Of a stretch of 64,000 bases of DNA, positions 20,913 to 31,396 are shown one piece after another. How positions within the stretch are numbered: position 1 is the stretch's first letter; each line of letters opens with the position of its first letter. Source of the DNA: Pyrodictiaceae archaeon (lineage in GTDB: Archaea > Thermoproteota > Thermoprotei_A > Sulfolobales > Pyrodictiaceae); the NCBI GenBank assembly GCA_027036135.1, contig JALVSY010000007.1, positions 836,880 to 900,879 on the forward strand, given 5' to 3'. The notes below the pieces were generated by a model, which saw nothing but the letters and a program-made list of their open reading frames with translations, was not told where the DNA came from and searched no databases. Both the position numbers and the translations under genes were made by a program.

Positions 20913-21764
20913 CCCATTCAATTCCTGTTTGGTGTCAAGCGAGACGCAGAGGCCGGGGGCGCTGCACGCTCTCCTCCTAGCAGGATCAATTACTATTCTA
21001 TACGCAAGACCTTTGTTATCCATTATCTCTAGTATCCCGCTAGTATATACTATCTTTATGCTTCCAAGCATGGAGTAGCCCTTTACACTATACATGATGG
21101 CTTCTATTTCCTCTCTTACCAAGCCATTTACGTGACTTATTCTAATAGCTGTTGTTCTTGGATCTATTATTGCTCGCTTAGAGAGATATATTTTTCTCAA
21201 AGTATAGACAATGATGCTTGGCTCTAGGATTACATAGTTATCGAGCACGCTGAGGGCTTCAAGGCTCTTACGAGCAATATATACACCGCTGCGAATATCG
21301 CGTGAATAAGGCTCAGCCCGGGGCAAGGTTCTTGCGAGCCTTCTTATCCAGTATTCGTAGATTATACCGATAGCCTCATAAGTTAAGGAATTAAGACCTA
21401 GAGATCTAACCCTCTTGGCCTCACTAAGCCTAGAGGAGTATGTCCCGCTGTAATCTACTACTAGTGAGCTAGGCGGAGGGAGAGACCAGGCTGGCTCGCC
21501 TCTCGGATCAACCACGTAGACCGGTTTGCTGGGCTCCTCAAGCTCTGTTGAAACATTTGCTCTCAGAACCTCAACTGGTGTTCTAGACTCTACTACTAGT
21601 CTTAGGGGAATACGCTTGCCAAGACCAACTATTGTTAGGCGCCATTCTTTAACTCCAAGCCCAGCGTACAGTGTACGCAGGATAACGGCCGCATCAAAGA
21701 CCGAAGGCGGGGTGATTACGATAACGTGAGGGTTAAGGTTCTCTTCTATCATCCCAAGAACCAC
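20886..21764 (-). CDS. Hypothetical protein
   Basis: 292-aa ORF; start uncertain (overlaps the divergent gene). Confidence 0.55.
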   Translation of the reverse strand: MVLGMIEENLNPHVIVITPPSVFDAAVILRTLYAGLGVKEWRLTIVGLGKRIPLRLVVESRTPVEVLRANVSTELEEPSKPVYVVDPRGEPAWSLPPPSSLVVDYSGTYSSRLSEAKRVRSLGLNSLTYEAIGIIYEYWIRRLARTLPRAEPYSRDIRSGVYIARKSLEALSVLDNYVILEPSIIVYTLRKIYLSKRAIIDPRTTAIRISHVNGLVREEIEAIMYSVKGYSMLGSIKIVYTSGILEIMDNKGLAYRIVIDPARRRACSAPGLCVSLDTKQELNGLNYFVDQS

Positions 21765-22175
21765 CTTAATTTACACGATGCCGCCTATATTGCGTATAGT
21801 ATTGGTTCCCTGCTCTATGTTGTAGCGCGTCCTCGGACAGAATATAAGCTTGAAATATTGCCGGAGAAGGTTAGGAATAGAATAATATTCCTAAGCAGTC
21901 TAGATGAGATTATAAACTACGAGCCTAAATCATTCTTCATAGTGCTTGAGACGTATGGTACTAGGTACCTTAACGAGATAGAGGCTCAACCTGATCGAGA
22001 CGTAGTGCTAGTAGTCGGTGCAGAGGATTACGGCATTCCTATTAACGAAGTAGCCAAATTGCCGCATAGTATAGTTGCTAGACTACCTACGAGCGTAGAA
22101 GGCATGAGCTATAATGTTGTCTCATCGCTGGTAATGGCTATTTATGAACTAAAAAGGAGACAGGAGAGTAAATAG
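21726..22175 (+). CDS. SPOUT (SpoU/TrmH-like) RNA methyltransferase
   Basis: PKNHLN, LVVGAEDYGI, SYNVVSSLVMAIYE trefoil-knot motifs. Confidence 0.8.
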   Translation: MRVKVLFYHPKNHLNLHDAAYIAYSIGSLLYVVARPRTEYKLEILPEKVRNRIIFLSSLDEIINYEPKSFFIVLETYGTRYLNEIEAQPDRDVVLVVGAEDYGIPINEVAKLPHSIVARLPTSVEGMSYNVVSSLVMAIYELKRRQESK

Positions 22176-22299
22176 TACTCAGCTCTCGCTAGAGGTATTA
22201 GGAGCATAACCCAAGCATATACCTATAGACAAGTAGCTAATAGCTAGGTAAGCTCGTATGAGGTGATGTGGCGTAGGGCAAAGCCTCAAGATAACATTT

Positions 22300-23418
22300 A
22301 TGTCAAGGTACCCGCCAGCGCACTGCGGCGTAGGAGAGTATACACGAATGCTTGTCTCAAGCCTATATTCTATTCACCGAGACCTAGACATACTAGTTTT
22401 GGCTACTGAGCTCTCGGGCATAGAGCAATACCGGGAAGCAACTAGTGGCGCCTATGTCTATCCTGTGCTAAGAGAGAAAAGTAATGATTATACTAGATCT
22501 TTAGACGTATTAGCTGAGAAAAACGGTACTGACATTTTGCACATAGAGCACGAGTATGGTATATTCCGCGACGGATTAGGTCTATTAAGCGTTGTAGAGG
22601 AGGCTAAGAAGGAAAGACTCGCTAAGAAAGTAATAGTAACTCTACATACCGTATATCATCCATCATCTGGACGAAGTGATGCTTTGTTCTTCCAGAAGAA
22701 TCTACGCGCCAGGGCAATAGATGAGATAATAGTTCATAGTAGGCTCCAAGAATTCGAGCTCGAAGCCCAAGGCGTACCCATGGATAAGATCACTAGGATA
22801 CCTCACGGAACACTAATAAATCCTTATATCAGTGCGCCGCGAGATACGCTCTGCAAATCTCTCGGAATTAAAGGAGAGTGGCTCAGCGGCATCATATTAG
22901 TGACTCCTGGCTTCATTAGACCCGATAAAGGACTAGATGTATTACTCAACGCTCTGACCAGTATACGGTTCCCTTACACGTTTATTGTTGCGGGCGAGTT
23001 CAGGGACACAAAAATAAAAGAACTAGTAGAGAATAATAACAACACCATTGTTATCGAGAAATACTTATCACATGACGAGATACTAAAACTGATAGCCCTA
23101 TCAGATATGCTTGTCCTACCATATAAGGACAAGCCAGGCACATACTCAGTTAGCGGTATACTCCACCTATCCATGGGTAGTCTACGGCCCATTATTGGTA
23201 CTAGGGTTCCCCGTCTGATAGAACTCTATACAAGAGCCCCACGTATGTGCGTGACTCCTGGGAGCGCCAAGGATCTCGAGAAGCGCCTCAATTGGGCATA
23301 TGATAACTATGATTTGGCGACAGCCTATATGAGCGAGCTATACGCCTATGCTGCTAGGACTCAATGGATTCGTATGGCTCGGCGCCACTTAGTGCTCTAT
23401 AAAAAGGTTCTTAGTTAG
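22300..23418 (+). CDS. Glycosyltransferase family 4
   Basis: [46 protein letters not shown]. Confidence 0.88.
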   Translation: MSRYPPAHCGVGEYTRMLVSSLYSIHRDLDILVLATELSGIEQYREATSGAYVYPVLREKSNDYTRSLDVLAEKNGTDILHIEHEYGIFRDGLGLLSVVEEAKKERLAKKVIVTLHTVYHPSSGRSDALFFQKNLRARAIDEIIVHSRLQEFELEAQGVPMDKITRIPHGTLINPYISAPRDTLCKSLGIKGEWLSGIILVTPGFIRPDKGLDVLLNALTSIRFPYTFIVAGEFRDTKIKELVENNNNTIVIEKYLSHDEILKLIALSDMLVLPYKDKPGTYSVSGILHLSMGSLRPIIGTRVPRLIELYTRAPRMCVTPGSAKDLEKRLNWAYDNYDLATAYMSELYAYAARTQWIRMARRHLVLYKKVLS

Positions 23419-23984
23419 AGGGGAAGCCTCGTAAACCTATAGGGCTTTATTATGTTGTAAACTTCTTCCTTGAGCGAGTCCTTAGATATAAAGGCTCCAC
23501 GAATAGCAGCAACAACCGTTGGCGATGGTGACCTTACGCCCCTCATAGTCATGCATAAGTGTATGGCCTCAGTCACAACCATTACATCAGGAGAACCTGT
23601 TGCCTTAATAACCTCGTCTGCTATTTGTTTCGTCATTCTCTCCTGTATCTGAAGCCTCCGCGAATACTTGTGCACTATCTTAACTATCTTACTTAGACCG
23701 ATGACCTTTCCTCGCGGCAAGTAAGCTACATGAGCCACGCCGAAGAATGGTAAGAGATGGTGCTCGCAAAGGCTAAAGAACCTTATACCACTAACCACTA
23801 CAAGGTCACTACTCTCAGTGAACCATGTATATTCCTCTTCAGCATCATATCCTCCTAGTATCTCTTCAAGCATATCAGCTACTCTTTGAGGCGTCTCCCT
23901 TAATCCCTCCCTATCAGGATTCTCACCTATAGCCTCAAGTATCATTCTAACAGCTCGCTTGACCTTCTCCTTGTCGATGTCCAT
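23415..23984 (-). CDS. folE: GTP cyclohydrolase I
   Basis: [41 protein letters not shown]. Confidence 0.95.
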   Translation of the reverse strand: MDIDKEKVKRAVRMILEAIGENPDREGLRETPQRVADMLEEILGGYDAEEEYTWFTESSDLVVVSGIRFFSLCEHHLLPFFGVAHVAYLPRGKVIGLSKIVKIVHKYSRRLQIQERMTKQIADEVIKATGSPDVMVVTEAIHLCMTMRGVRSPSPTVVAAIRGAFISKDSLKEEVYNIIKPYRFTRLPL

Positions 23985-24117
23985 AGGGCTCCCCGCACAG
24001 ATAGCTAGTGCGAGGCCATATTTAACTAACCCTCGTTAAAGGCGGTGCAGCCAAGAAGGTGCTTGTATAAATACTTATATGTACGGGAAGCCGGCTTACT
24101 ATGAGTGGATGAGAGTG

Positions 24118-24648
24118 ATGACAAGCATACATGAACGCGTAGGACCCGGTAAAAACTCTCCAGACCTAGTTAATGTCTTAGTTGAGATACCAATGGGTAG
24201 CAACGTGAAATACGAGTTCGACGAAGAAAAAGAGATTATAAAGGTTGATCGCTTCTTATACACATCAATGGTTTATCCATTTAATTATGGATTCATACCG
24301 GGTACACGAGAGGAAGATGGAGACCCGGTAGACGTATTAGTAATATCAATGCTTCCAGTGCTTCCTGGTACTATTATTGAGGTAAAACCTATAGGTTTAC
24401 TCGAAATGGAGGATGAAGAAGGGCCGGATAGTAAGGTAATAGCTGTACCCAAGGAAAAAGTTGACCCCGTTTATGGAAAAATAAACTCCATCGACGAGTT
24501 ACCGGATGCCATTAAGTCGAAGATTAAGCACTTCTTTGAGCACTATAAAGAGCTTGAGCCAGGTAAGTGGACTAAGGTAACCGGGTTCAAGGGCCCCGAG
24601 GAGGCGAAGAAGAAGATAAAAGCAGCCATTGAGAGGTTCCGAGGCTAA
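24118..24648 (+). CDS. ppa: Inorganic pyrophosphatase
   Basis: [30 protein letters not shown]. Confidence 0.95.
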   Translation: MTSIHERVGPGKNSPDLVNVLVEIPMGSNVKYEFDEEKEIIKVDRFLYTSMVYPFNYGFIPGTREEDGDPVDVLVISMLPVLPGTIIEVKPIGLLEMEDEEGPDSKVIAVPKEKVDPVYGKINSIDELPDAIKSKIKHFFEHYKELEPGKWTKVTGFKGPEEAKKKIKAAIERFRG

Positions 24649-24811
24649 AGGCTCTGAGCTAGTTGGCTCATAGAGCATACTACTTATTTATTAGTTCTTT
24701 AATAGCCGTACTACACGAGGAAGTAAATAAAAACATATATAGTTACAAAATAATGATTTATACACAATAATTTCAATTATTAATAATTTCCTACCAGCAA
24801 GGTGCGCTAAT

Positions 24812-25732
24812 TTGAGGCTAACTCCCACATGCATAGCATGCACGCTTGCACGTCGAGCAGCTGAGCTAGAACAACTAGACATAGATAATAGGAAAAAGCT
24901 TGGAATATACCGAGATCTGCTCGACGCTGTTAACCTCTACATAGGACCCGATATAGAGGTAGCAGTCCTGGAATCAGTTGTGTTTCGCAGGTTTAAGACA
25001 CTTCTAGGAGGTAAGAACGTCTACGAGAACCTGATTAAGGAAAAGATTAATGCTGCTCAAACCAGGGCAAACGAGATCTACGAGATGCTTAAAGAAAAAC
25101 CACTTGAGGAAAAACTCCGCTTAGCCCTATATGCTAGTGCACTTGCAACAGGATATAATGTATTAGATGTGCCGGAGAAAGTTCTCCTAGAGCCTCCAGG
25201 CCCTGCAGATCTAGCCCTCATAGGTTCGTCGATAAAACTTGGTCGCGATGACTCTACGAAATTGATTAAGTACATAAATAGATTAGGAGAGTCCGGCGGT
25301 ACAGTCTATTATCTCTTTGCATCAGTAATGGAGCTCCCCTATGACAAAAACATTATTAGAATTCTTGTTGAGGATTTTGGATTAGATATTGTAGGCATTG
25401 TTAGGGGTGCAAGGTATAGGGATTTTGTCGTTGCTGAGGACTTAGAGAGCTATGGGCTAATAGAATATGTCTCAGAAGTCCTAGATATGGGTAGCGATTC
25501 CTTGACAGTAACTAAGGATGAACATCCACATATATATGGTCAGTTAAATGAGGCATCACTTGTATTCATAAAAGGCTCCGAGCAGGTTATCTATTTCCAC
25601 AATAACCCGCTTAAGTCTCCCAACGTATTAGCCTTTATGGCCCCATGTAGTGTTGTGGCTAGGGCTTTTGATGTACCTCTGAGGAGCCTAAATATAATAG
25701 TACAAAACATTGAGGAGAGTCAGTCAGGATAG
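24812..25732 (+). CDS. ARMT1/DUF89-like protein (divergent)
   Basis: N-terminal CxxC (PTCIAC), FIKG, C-terminal CSVVARAFDV. Confidence 0.6.
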   Translation: MRLTPTCIACTLARRAAELEQLDIDNRKKLGIYRDLLDAVNLYIGPDIEVAVLESVVFRRFKTLLGGKNVYENLIKEKINAAQTRANEIYEMLKEKPLEEKLRLALYASALATGYNVLDVPEKVLLEPPGPADLALIGSSIKLGRDDSTKLIKYINRLGESGGTVYYLFASVMELPYDKNIIRILVEDFGLDIVGIVRGARYRDFVVAEDLESYGLIEYVSEVLDMGSDSLTVTKDEHPHIYGQLNEASLVFIKGSEQVIYFHNNPLKSPNVLAFMAPCSVVARAFDVPLRSLNIIVQNIEESQSG

Positions 25733-25788
25733 GACTTCCTCATCCCTGTCCTAGCTTTTTGGTCAGCCGGGGTTCTATCACTCATCCA
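25718..25788 (-). ncRNA. Candidate box C/D guide sRNA
   Basis: Minus strand ATGAGTG-ATAGAACCCCGG-CTGA...ATGAGGA-AGTCCTATC-CTGA-CTGA; its 3' end overlaps the stop of the convergent gene. Confidence 0.6.
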
Positions 25789-25880
25789 GCATATTTGGTA
25801 GGTAAGAAATTTCCTTAAATTATACTCTGCCAACTCGTCGCTGTTATTATAATATATAGTATGGGCTAAGATGAGAGAAA

Positions 25881-26645
25881 ATGATGAGAATCAAGGGCTT
25901 TGACCCGGTAAAGCTTGGTCTTCGATTAGAAGAGCTTGTTCAAAGAGGGTCTGATAGGAAGTACTATAGGTTTAGGGGAACAAGGTTCTATGGCGGAAGC
26001 TCTACTGGCGATGTGGTTGGTTGTAATCTTAGATGCATATTCTGTTGGAGCGGGAGAGCTAGGGATGACCCGCGGCTCGGATTCTTCGTTTCACCGGAGC
26101 AGGCATATGATCGGCTTAGCAACATAGCCCGAAGACATAAGTATAGGTATATACGGTTATCTGGTGGAGAGCCAACTATAGGTTGGCGGCATCTCCTTAG
26201 CCTCTTGGACTTCATTGAAAATTCTGATTTCATATTCATACTTGAAACAAATGGAATACTCATTGGCGCCTTGCGTGAGCGTGCACGGTCTCTAGCAAAG
26301 TATAGTAGAATGCATGTACGTGTGTCAATTAAGGCTTGTAACGAGGAATGGTTCGCTAAACTTACTCTAGCAGAGCCCAAGGCTTTTACTTATCAATTAA
26401 TGGCTGTTAATAATCTCTTAGACTATGGTGTTAATTTTCATGTAGCTCTCTTCATGTCCTACGGTGACGACGCTTGCTGGCGAAGTCTCCTAGAGCGCTT
26501 AATCAACATAGCTGGGCAGGAGATAGTAGACCTGCTAGAGCCTGAGTATTTAGTACTCTATCCTAATGTCAAGAAAAGGCTTCAACTATATGAGAAGATT
26601 CTAGGTATAAAACCTAGAGTGGTCTTTGAGCCGAAGAGGCGATAA
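25881..26645 (+). CDS. Radical SAM protein
   Basis: GCNLRCIFC (CxxxCxxC), SGGEPT, LETNG. Confidence 0.88.
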   Translation: MMRIKGFDPVKLGLRLEELVQRGSDRKYYRFRGTRFYGGSSTGDVVGCNLRCIFCWSGRARDDPRLGFFVSPEQAYDRLSNIARRHKYRYIRLSGGEPTIGWRHLLSLLDFIENSDFIFILETNGILIGALRERARSLAKYSRMHVRVSIKACNEEWFAKLTLAEPKAFTYQLMAVNNLLDYGVNFHVALFMSYGDDACWRSLLERLINIAGQEIVDLLEPEYLVLYPNVKKRLQLYEKILGIKPRVVFEPKRR

Positions 26646-27021
26646 CATGCCTAGAATGGATGTCAGTGCGATTGTTAAGCTTAGGGAATCAGTTAATCCT
26701 ATACTAGCGCTAATCGATCCATCGTTTGAGGTACTAGTAAGGTATTCGTGCATAATCTGTGGCGGAAGTCTTTTTAGTAAATATGTTGATAAATCCTTTA
26801 TCGAAGCATTACGGCAAGTTTTTCTAGACTTATATGCTTTATATAATTCATACGTCCCCTGGCTTCTTGTTGACGAGATAAAAATAAGTAAGGGTAATTG
26901 TCCTATAATTCGTAGCCTATTCTGCAATAATATATTATATAACCTTAATAAGAATGAATTAGTTATTAGTGTTGAATGTGATAAGATTCATTATAGGTGT
27001 GTTTTTAAATTAGAGGGCTAG
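26626..27021 (+). CDS. Hypothetical protein
   Basis: AT-rich ORF with CIICGG; weak. Confidence 0.35.
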   Translation: MSRRGDNMPRMDVSAIVKLRESVNPILALIDPSFEVLVRYSCIICGGSLFSKYVDKSFIEALRQVFLDLYALYNSYVPWLLVDEIKISKGNCPIIRSLFCNNILYNLNKNELVISVECDKIHYRCVFKLEG

Positions 27022-27050
27022 AAAACACAGCATGTTCCTCAGAAAGGTGG

Positions 27051-27096
27051 GCTCAGTCATTGCTTTCTGCTCCTCTGTGCGTAACTTCATCATGCA
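27051..27096 (-). ncRNA. Candidate box C/D guide sRNA
   Basis: Minus strand ATGATGA-AGTTACGCA-CAGA...AAGCAATGA-CTGA; compact, C' degenerate. Confidence 0.5.
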
Positions 27097-27170
27097 GACT
27101 ATACTAATACTAAATCAAACTATATAGGTATCGAACAAAAACTAGAACTATTATATCACTAATGTATATG

Positions 27171-27229
27171 GGTCAGTGCTGCGCGGTTCCACATTTCTTT
27201 CTTCGGACCTTTCGAGCTTCGTCATTCCC
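27171..27229 (-). ncRNA. Box C/D guide sRNA
   Basis: Minus strand ATGACGA-AGCTCGAAAGGT-CCGA...ATGTGGA-ACCGCGCAGCA-CTGA; first guide complementary to CCTTTCGAGC (tRNA-Glu-like anticodon arm). Confidence 0.72.
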
Positions 27230-27367
27230 GTATTCTATGTTTTGGGCCGAGCTTACTATTAGTTACTATCATTTTAACATGTGTTTATTCTAGATATACT
27301 CTCTCACTCAGATAATACCTTTAGTCCTAGATACGGCTTTGTATTACTCTATAAGTGGCGTAATACA

Positions 27368-28492
27368 ATGGGTGCATTCAAGCTTATCCTAGGGACACCT
27401 CTACAAGCTATACCGCGTCCTTGGCTATTGCTTCCCATAGAGGGTGTTATGGTGAATGCATATGAGATACTAAGTTATGGGTTGAGCAAGGTAAGGGGGC
27501 GTAACCTTAGAAGAATCCTCGGCATAGATAACACTGATATTGAGCTATGGATAGATAGCGGAGGATATCAATTCCTCTCGCGAGGACTTAACCCAGGTGT
27601 TGATAAAATAGCTAAAGTGTATAGAGAGGTTGATGCTGATTACTATATAAGCTTAGACTACCCCCCGGGCCCAAGGGACGATGAGAAGATAAGGGCTATG
27701 AAAATTGCTAAGACTGTTTCGAGCTTCATGAGTATGAAGAACATGTTGCGAGGATTAATAGAGGAAGGACGCCTAATCCCGGTGTTTCATTTATCCGTGG
27801 GGGAGTCGCTTAGGATACAGCTCAGAGTCTACGAGTCTCATAGCATTACAGCAGCGGTTGGTGGCTTAATTCCGCACTTTATGCAGCTGTCTGGTAAGGG
27901 TTCACGGCTCAAAGCAGTACTATTCTTATTGTTAATGCGTAAGATATGGAGAGGGAAGCTTCACGCGTTAGGCCTTGCATCAGCGGCTATTATACCGTTG
28001 CTTAAGAGTATTGGAATAGATAGTGGTGATACGCAGTCCTGGCGACATAAAGCTGCCTATGGCAAGATTATCATACCGACAATAGGTGAGCGTCATATAT
28101 CTAGCCGGCGCGTAAAATTTGGTCCATCTACTCTTCGCGAGGAAGAGTATCCTCTTTACAGGGAGTATTTGAATAAGGCTTCTCGTATACTACGGAAACA
28201 ACTTAGCCATGAAGACCTGGTGAATAGTTTTGAGGCTAGGGCTTTATTCAACTCATATATATTATTAGAGGTCGCTTCTAATGGCGCAAGATATAGAGGA
28301 CCCAGTAGGGCCTTCATGCGATTATTTGAGAGAATACAGGAGCTAAAGAACCGTGACCCGGGTAGCTTAGAGGAGGAATTAGCCAGACTACTGGAGCTTC
28401 GTGAGGAAGCAGTTGAGTACAGATCTGTGCGGAACGCTGAGAGAAGCACAGTTTCTGTTGGCACTATGGTTACAGAAGCGTCGGTTGCCTAA
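27368..28492 (+). CDS. tRNA-guanine transglycosylase (TGT)-fold protein
   Basis: IDSGGYQ, SLDYPP, IPVFH, AVGGL, LHALG, DSGDTQSW; no C-terminal CxCxxC zinc site. Confidence 0.8.
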   Translation: MGAFKLILGTPLQAIPRPWLLLPIEGVMVNAYEILSYGLSKVRGRNLRRILGIDNTDIELWIDSGGYQFLSRGLNPGVDKIAKVYREVDADYYISLDYPPGPRDDEKIRAMKIAKTVSSFMSMKNMLRGLIEEGRLIPVFHLSVGESLRIQLRVYESHSITAAVGGLIPHFMQLSGKGSRLKAVLFLLLMRKIWRGKLHALGLASAAIIPLLKSIGIDSGDTQSWRHKAAYGKIIIPTIGERHISSRRVKFGPSTLREEEYPLYREYLNKASRILRKQLSHEDLVNSFEARALFNSYILLEVASNGARYRGPSRAFMRLFERIQELKNRDPGSLEEELARLLELREEAVEYRSVRNAERSTVSVGTMVTEASVA

Positions 28493-28608
28493 TCCTATCC
28501 TTTTGTTGGTCGAACCTGGTTCAAGTTCTACTAGATAATAAATACAAGAATTACATTAACGCTGCTTAAAATCGGGTACATTTCTAGTTGTGTAGCCTAG
28601 GGAAGGAG

Positions 28609-30786
28609 ATGGCGCTGTCAAGGATCAATAGCAAGGACTGTGATTACATAGTGGCTCTGGTGGGTGCACCAAATAGCGGCAAAACTACTCTCTTTAACGT
28701 GCTCACGGGGTCTAGTGAGTTTGTTGCTAATTGGCCCGGTGTTACTGTAGACGTACGTGCCGCCGTTATGAGAGTTGATAGTAAGAAGCTCTGTGTCGTA
28801 GACCTTCCGGGTACATATAGCATTAGCGGAGATACGGCCGAGGAAAGGGTCACGCGTAGCTTTCTTGCAGAAAATCCTGTTGACGTTATAGTTGTATTGG
28901 CTGATTCAACCATACTTGAGCGAAGTCTTTATCTACCATTAGAAGTAATGAGCGTTTATGATAATGTCGTGCTTGTATTAACTAAAGCTGATGAGGCAGA
29001 AAAGAAGGGAATCAGTATAGATGTTGAAGGCCTCTCACGCGAACTCGGAATCCCAGTAATAATGATAAGCGCATTGGAGGGTAGAGGCATAGAGGAGCTA
29101 CTGAGAATAATAATGGAATATATCGAATCGAAGCAACGACCTACTCGAAGAATAAAAATAGATTATGGAAGGTTGTCGCCTTATGTAGAGGAGCTTGCAA
29201 AGCACATTCGTAGACTGGGAGTAGATGAGAAAAGGGCGAAATGGTTTGCAGCAGCTCTTATTCAGGGCCATGAATGGGTTATAGAGGAGCTTAAGAAGCT
29301 TAGACACGATAATAAGAGTAATAATGATAATGGAAAAGATATTGAGGAACTAAAGAGGCTTGCAAAGCGTATTCGTGATAGGTTGCGCCAAGAGGGTATA
29401 GAGCCCATTGTTGAGATACCGCGGATATACTATGACTTAGCCGCTGCGCTTTACGAGAAATATGTTAGGAGAAGAGAAGAGGAGGTAAGGCTTTCACGGT
29501 TTGATAGACTGCTTCTACACCCGTTCTTAGGCCCGGTGATTAGCGGGTTAGCCTCTTTCGCAATAATATTGCTAGCCTATATTGTTGCTACTGGCTCACC
29601 TCTAGACTCACTGCTCGATGCTCTTGGGCTTCATAAGGCTGCTCGCCTCGTCTCAGAGTACAGCTTAGTTAACTTAGTAGCTGCTGGAATGAATTGGTTA
29701 GCGAGCATAGTTGAGTCTGCTATACCGAACCCGGTTATAGCTAGGATGATCGGTGAAGGAGTCCTCTCTTCAAGCTATGGTGTAGGGCTTGTAATAAGCT
29801 TCCTCCCCCTCGTAGCAGTCATGATGCTCATACTCGGTGTGCTCGAAGATAGCGGCATCCTAACACGGCTCGCGGCTGGCTTTGACAACGTGCTTAGGAG
29901 ATTCGGTGTTAGCGGAAAAGCCTTGTTCCCAGTACTTGTAAGCTTCGGGTGCAACGTGCCTGGAGTACTCTCTACGCGTATCATGGAGAACGAGGAGGAG
30001 AGAAGAGCAGTTATCTTTGCTCTCCCATTCATCCCTTGTTCTGCAAGGCTCACGGTTATCCTTGCCTTTGCCCATGTTTTCTTCAGCTCAGGTATAGAGA
30101 AGGCACTAGTAGTGCTCGTAGTTTACTCTATAGCTATTACGGCTTTCTTACTCACCCTCCGCCTCTTCGGGTACTTCGAGGGCCTAGAGCCATCAGAGCT
30201 TGTACTAGAGCTTACACCGATTAAGAAACCTAGTATGAGAGTTGTGTGGTGGTTCTTCTGGGATAAGATAAAGCACTTCCTTGTAAGAGCCGGCACAGTA
30301 ATCACAATTGCGAGCATAATTCTCTGGATACTGGCGAGCTACGGTCCTAGCGGGTATCTGAAATACAACGAGACTAGTTATAACCCAGGAGCAAGCTACG
30401 CGGCGAGCATAGGGAAGGCGATGGCTCCTTACGTGGAACCGGTATTTGGTGTCAACGAGTCGCTTGCCTGGAGGATTGGGTTTGGCCTACTAGGAGGCTT
30501 CCTTGCCAAGGAGGTATTTCTTGACTCTCTTGCAGCTGTCTCGCCTATGCATGGCAGTGGAGGGGAATTTGCTACACTGAAAGCATATAGTCTCGATCCA
30601 TGGACCGCATTAGCGCTTTTAATAGCAGTGACCCTCTATGTACCATGCATATCAACTCTAAGCGTAATTTATGCCGAGACACGGAGCGTCAAATTAACTA
30701 CCACTGTACTCCTATACGACCTTAGTGTAGCTAGCCTAGTAGCTCTCATTATAAGGCTTGTTGGTGATCTCTTGGCAATTCTATAA
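28609..30786 (+). CDS. feoB: Ferrous iron transporter FeoB
   Basis: GAPNSGKT, NWPGVTV, DLPGTYS, FGCNVP, PCSARL, gate/membrane domain. Confidence 0.95.
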   Translation: MALSRINSKDCDYIVALVGAPNSGKTTLFNVLTGSSEFVANWPGVTVDVRAAVMRVDSKKLCVVDLPGTYSISGDTAEERVTRSFLAENPVDVIVVLADSTILERSLYLPLEVMSVYDNVVLVLTKADEAEKKGISIDVEGLSRELGIPVIMISALEGRGIEELLRIIMEYIESKQRPTRRIKIDYGRLSPYVEELAKHIRRLGVDEKRAKWFAAALIQGHEWVIEELKKLRHDNKSNNDNGKDIEELKRLAKRIRDRLRQEGIEPIVEIPRIYYDLAAALYEKYVRRREEEVRLSRFDRLLLHPFLGPVISGLASFAIILLAYIVATGSPLDSLLDALGLHKAARLVSEYSLVNLVAAGMNWLASIVESAIPNPVIARMIGEGVLSSSYGVGLVISFLPLVAVMMLILGVLEDSGILTRLAAGFDNVLRRFGVSGKALFPVLVSFGCNVPGVLSTRIMENEEERRAVIFALPFIPCSARLTVILAFAHVFFSSGIEKALVVLVVYSIAITAFLLTLRLFGYFEGLEPSELVLELTPIKKPSMRVVWWFFWDKIKHFLVRAGTVITIASIILWILASYGPSGYLKYNETSYNPGASYAASIGKAMAPYVEPVFGVNESLAWRIGFGLLGGFLAKEVFLDSLAAVSPMHGSGGEFATLKAYSLDPWTALALLIAVTLYVPCISTLSVIYAETRSVKLTTTVLLYDLSVASLVALIIRLVGDLLAIL

Positions 30787-30790
30787 AAGA

Positions 30791-31267
30791 TTACACTATG
30801 ACTACCGTGTTTCCTCTTCTCCTCTTAAGCTTCCTAAGAAGAGCATGTGCCTGTCTTCTTGTCGGTGTTAATGTATAGGCCTCTCTCTGCGGCGCTGGCT
30901 GTGCTAGAACATAACCCCTTACCGCGACTATTGTTATGCCTATTCCGAGCTTGTTTATCTCCTGCTTGATCCTAGTCAAGTCCTCTAAAAGCTCCTCAGG
31001 TTCCACAAAGGGAATCTCTATCACTGCTTCCTCGGTTCCCCTTTCCTCGTCCAAGCCATACACAACTACTCCCTGCCACTTTCTTGCAAATTCCTCAACG
31101 AGTCGTGTAAGTAGAGCCGTCGCTGGGTTAGGGCTGTACTCGCTCCACCCTCTCTCAGTTACAACATCGCTAAAGCGGTCAAGATCCATTATGACCACTG
31201 TGCCCTCTACAGGAGAGTAACCCTTATAGCCCCGCTTCCGCACCATTTCCACCACTCCTGAAAACAC
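30791..31267 (-). CDS. Hypothetical protein, nucleotide-cyclase/GGDEF-like fold
   Basis: VVIMDLDRF beta-strand and GTEEAVI loop resemble a class III cyclase palm; probable start ATG near 31246. Confidence 0.55.
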   Translation of the reverse strand: MFSGVVEMVRKRGYKGYSPVEGTVVIMDLDRFSDVVTERGWSEYSPNPATALLTRLVEEFARKWQGVVVYGLDEERGTEEAVIEIPFVEPEELLEDLTRIKQEINKLGIGITIVAVRGYVLAQPAPQREAYTLTPTRRQAHALLRKLKRRRGNTVVIV

Positions 31268-31396
31268 GTAAGCACCCCGCTTCTGTAACGTTGTGTTCTT
31301 GTAATTTTCCCCACTACTTTCTAAACAGTTAACGATTACGTTAAAAACTCTGCTGCAACAAATCTATCTACATGGACAGAACCAGAGGTGTAACTC

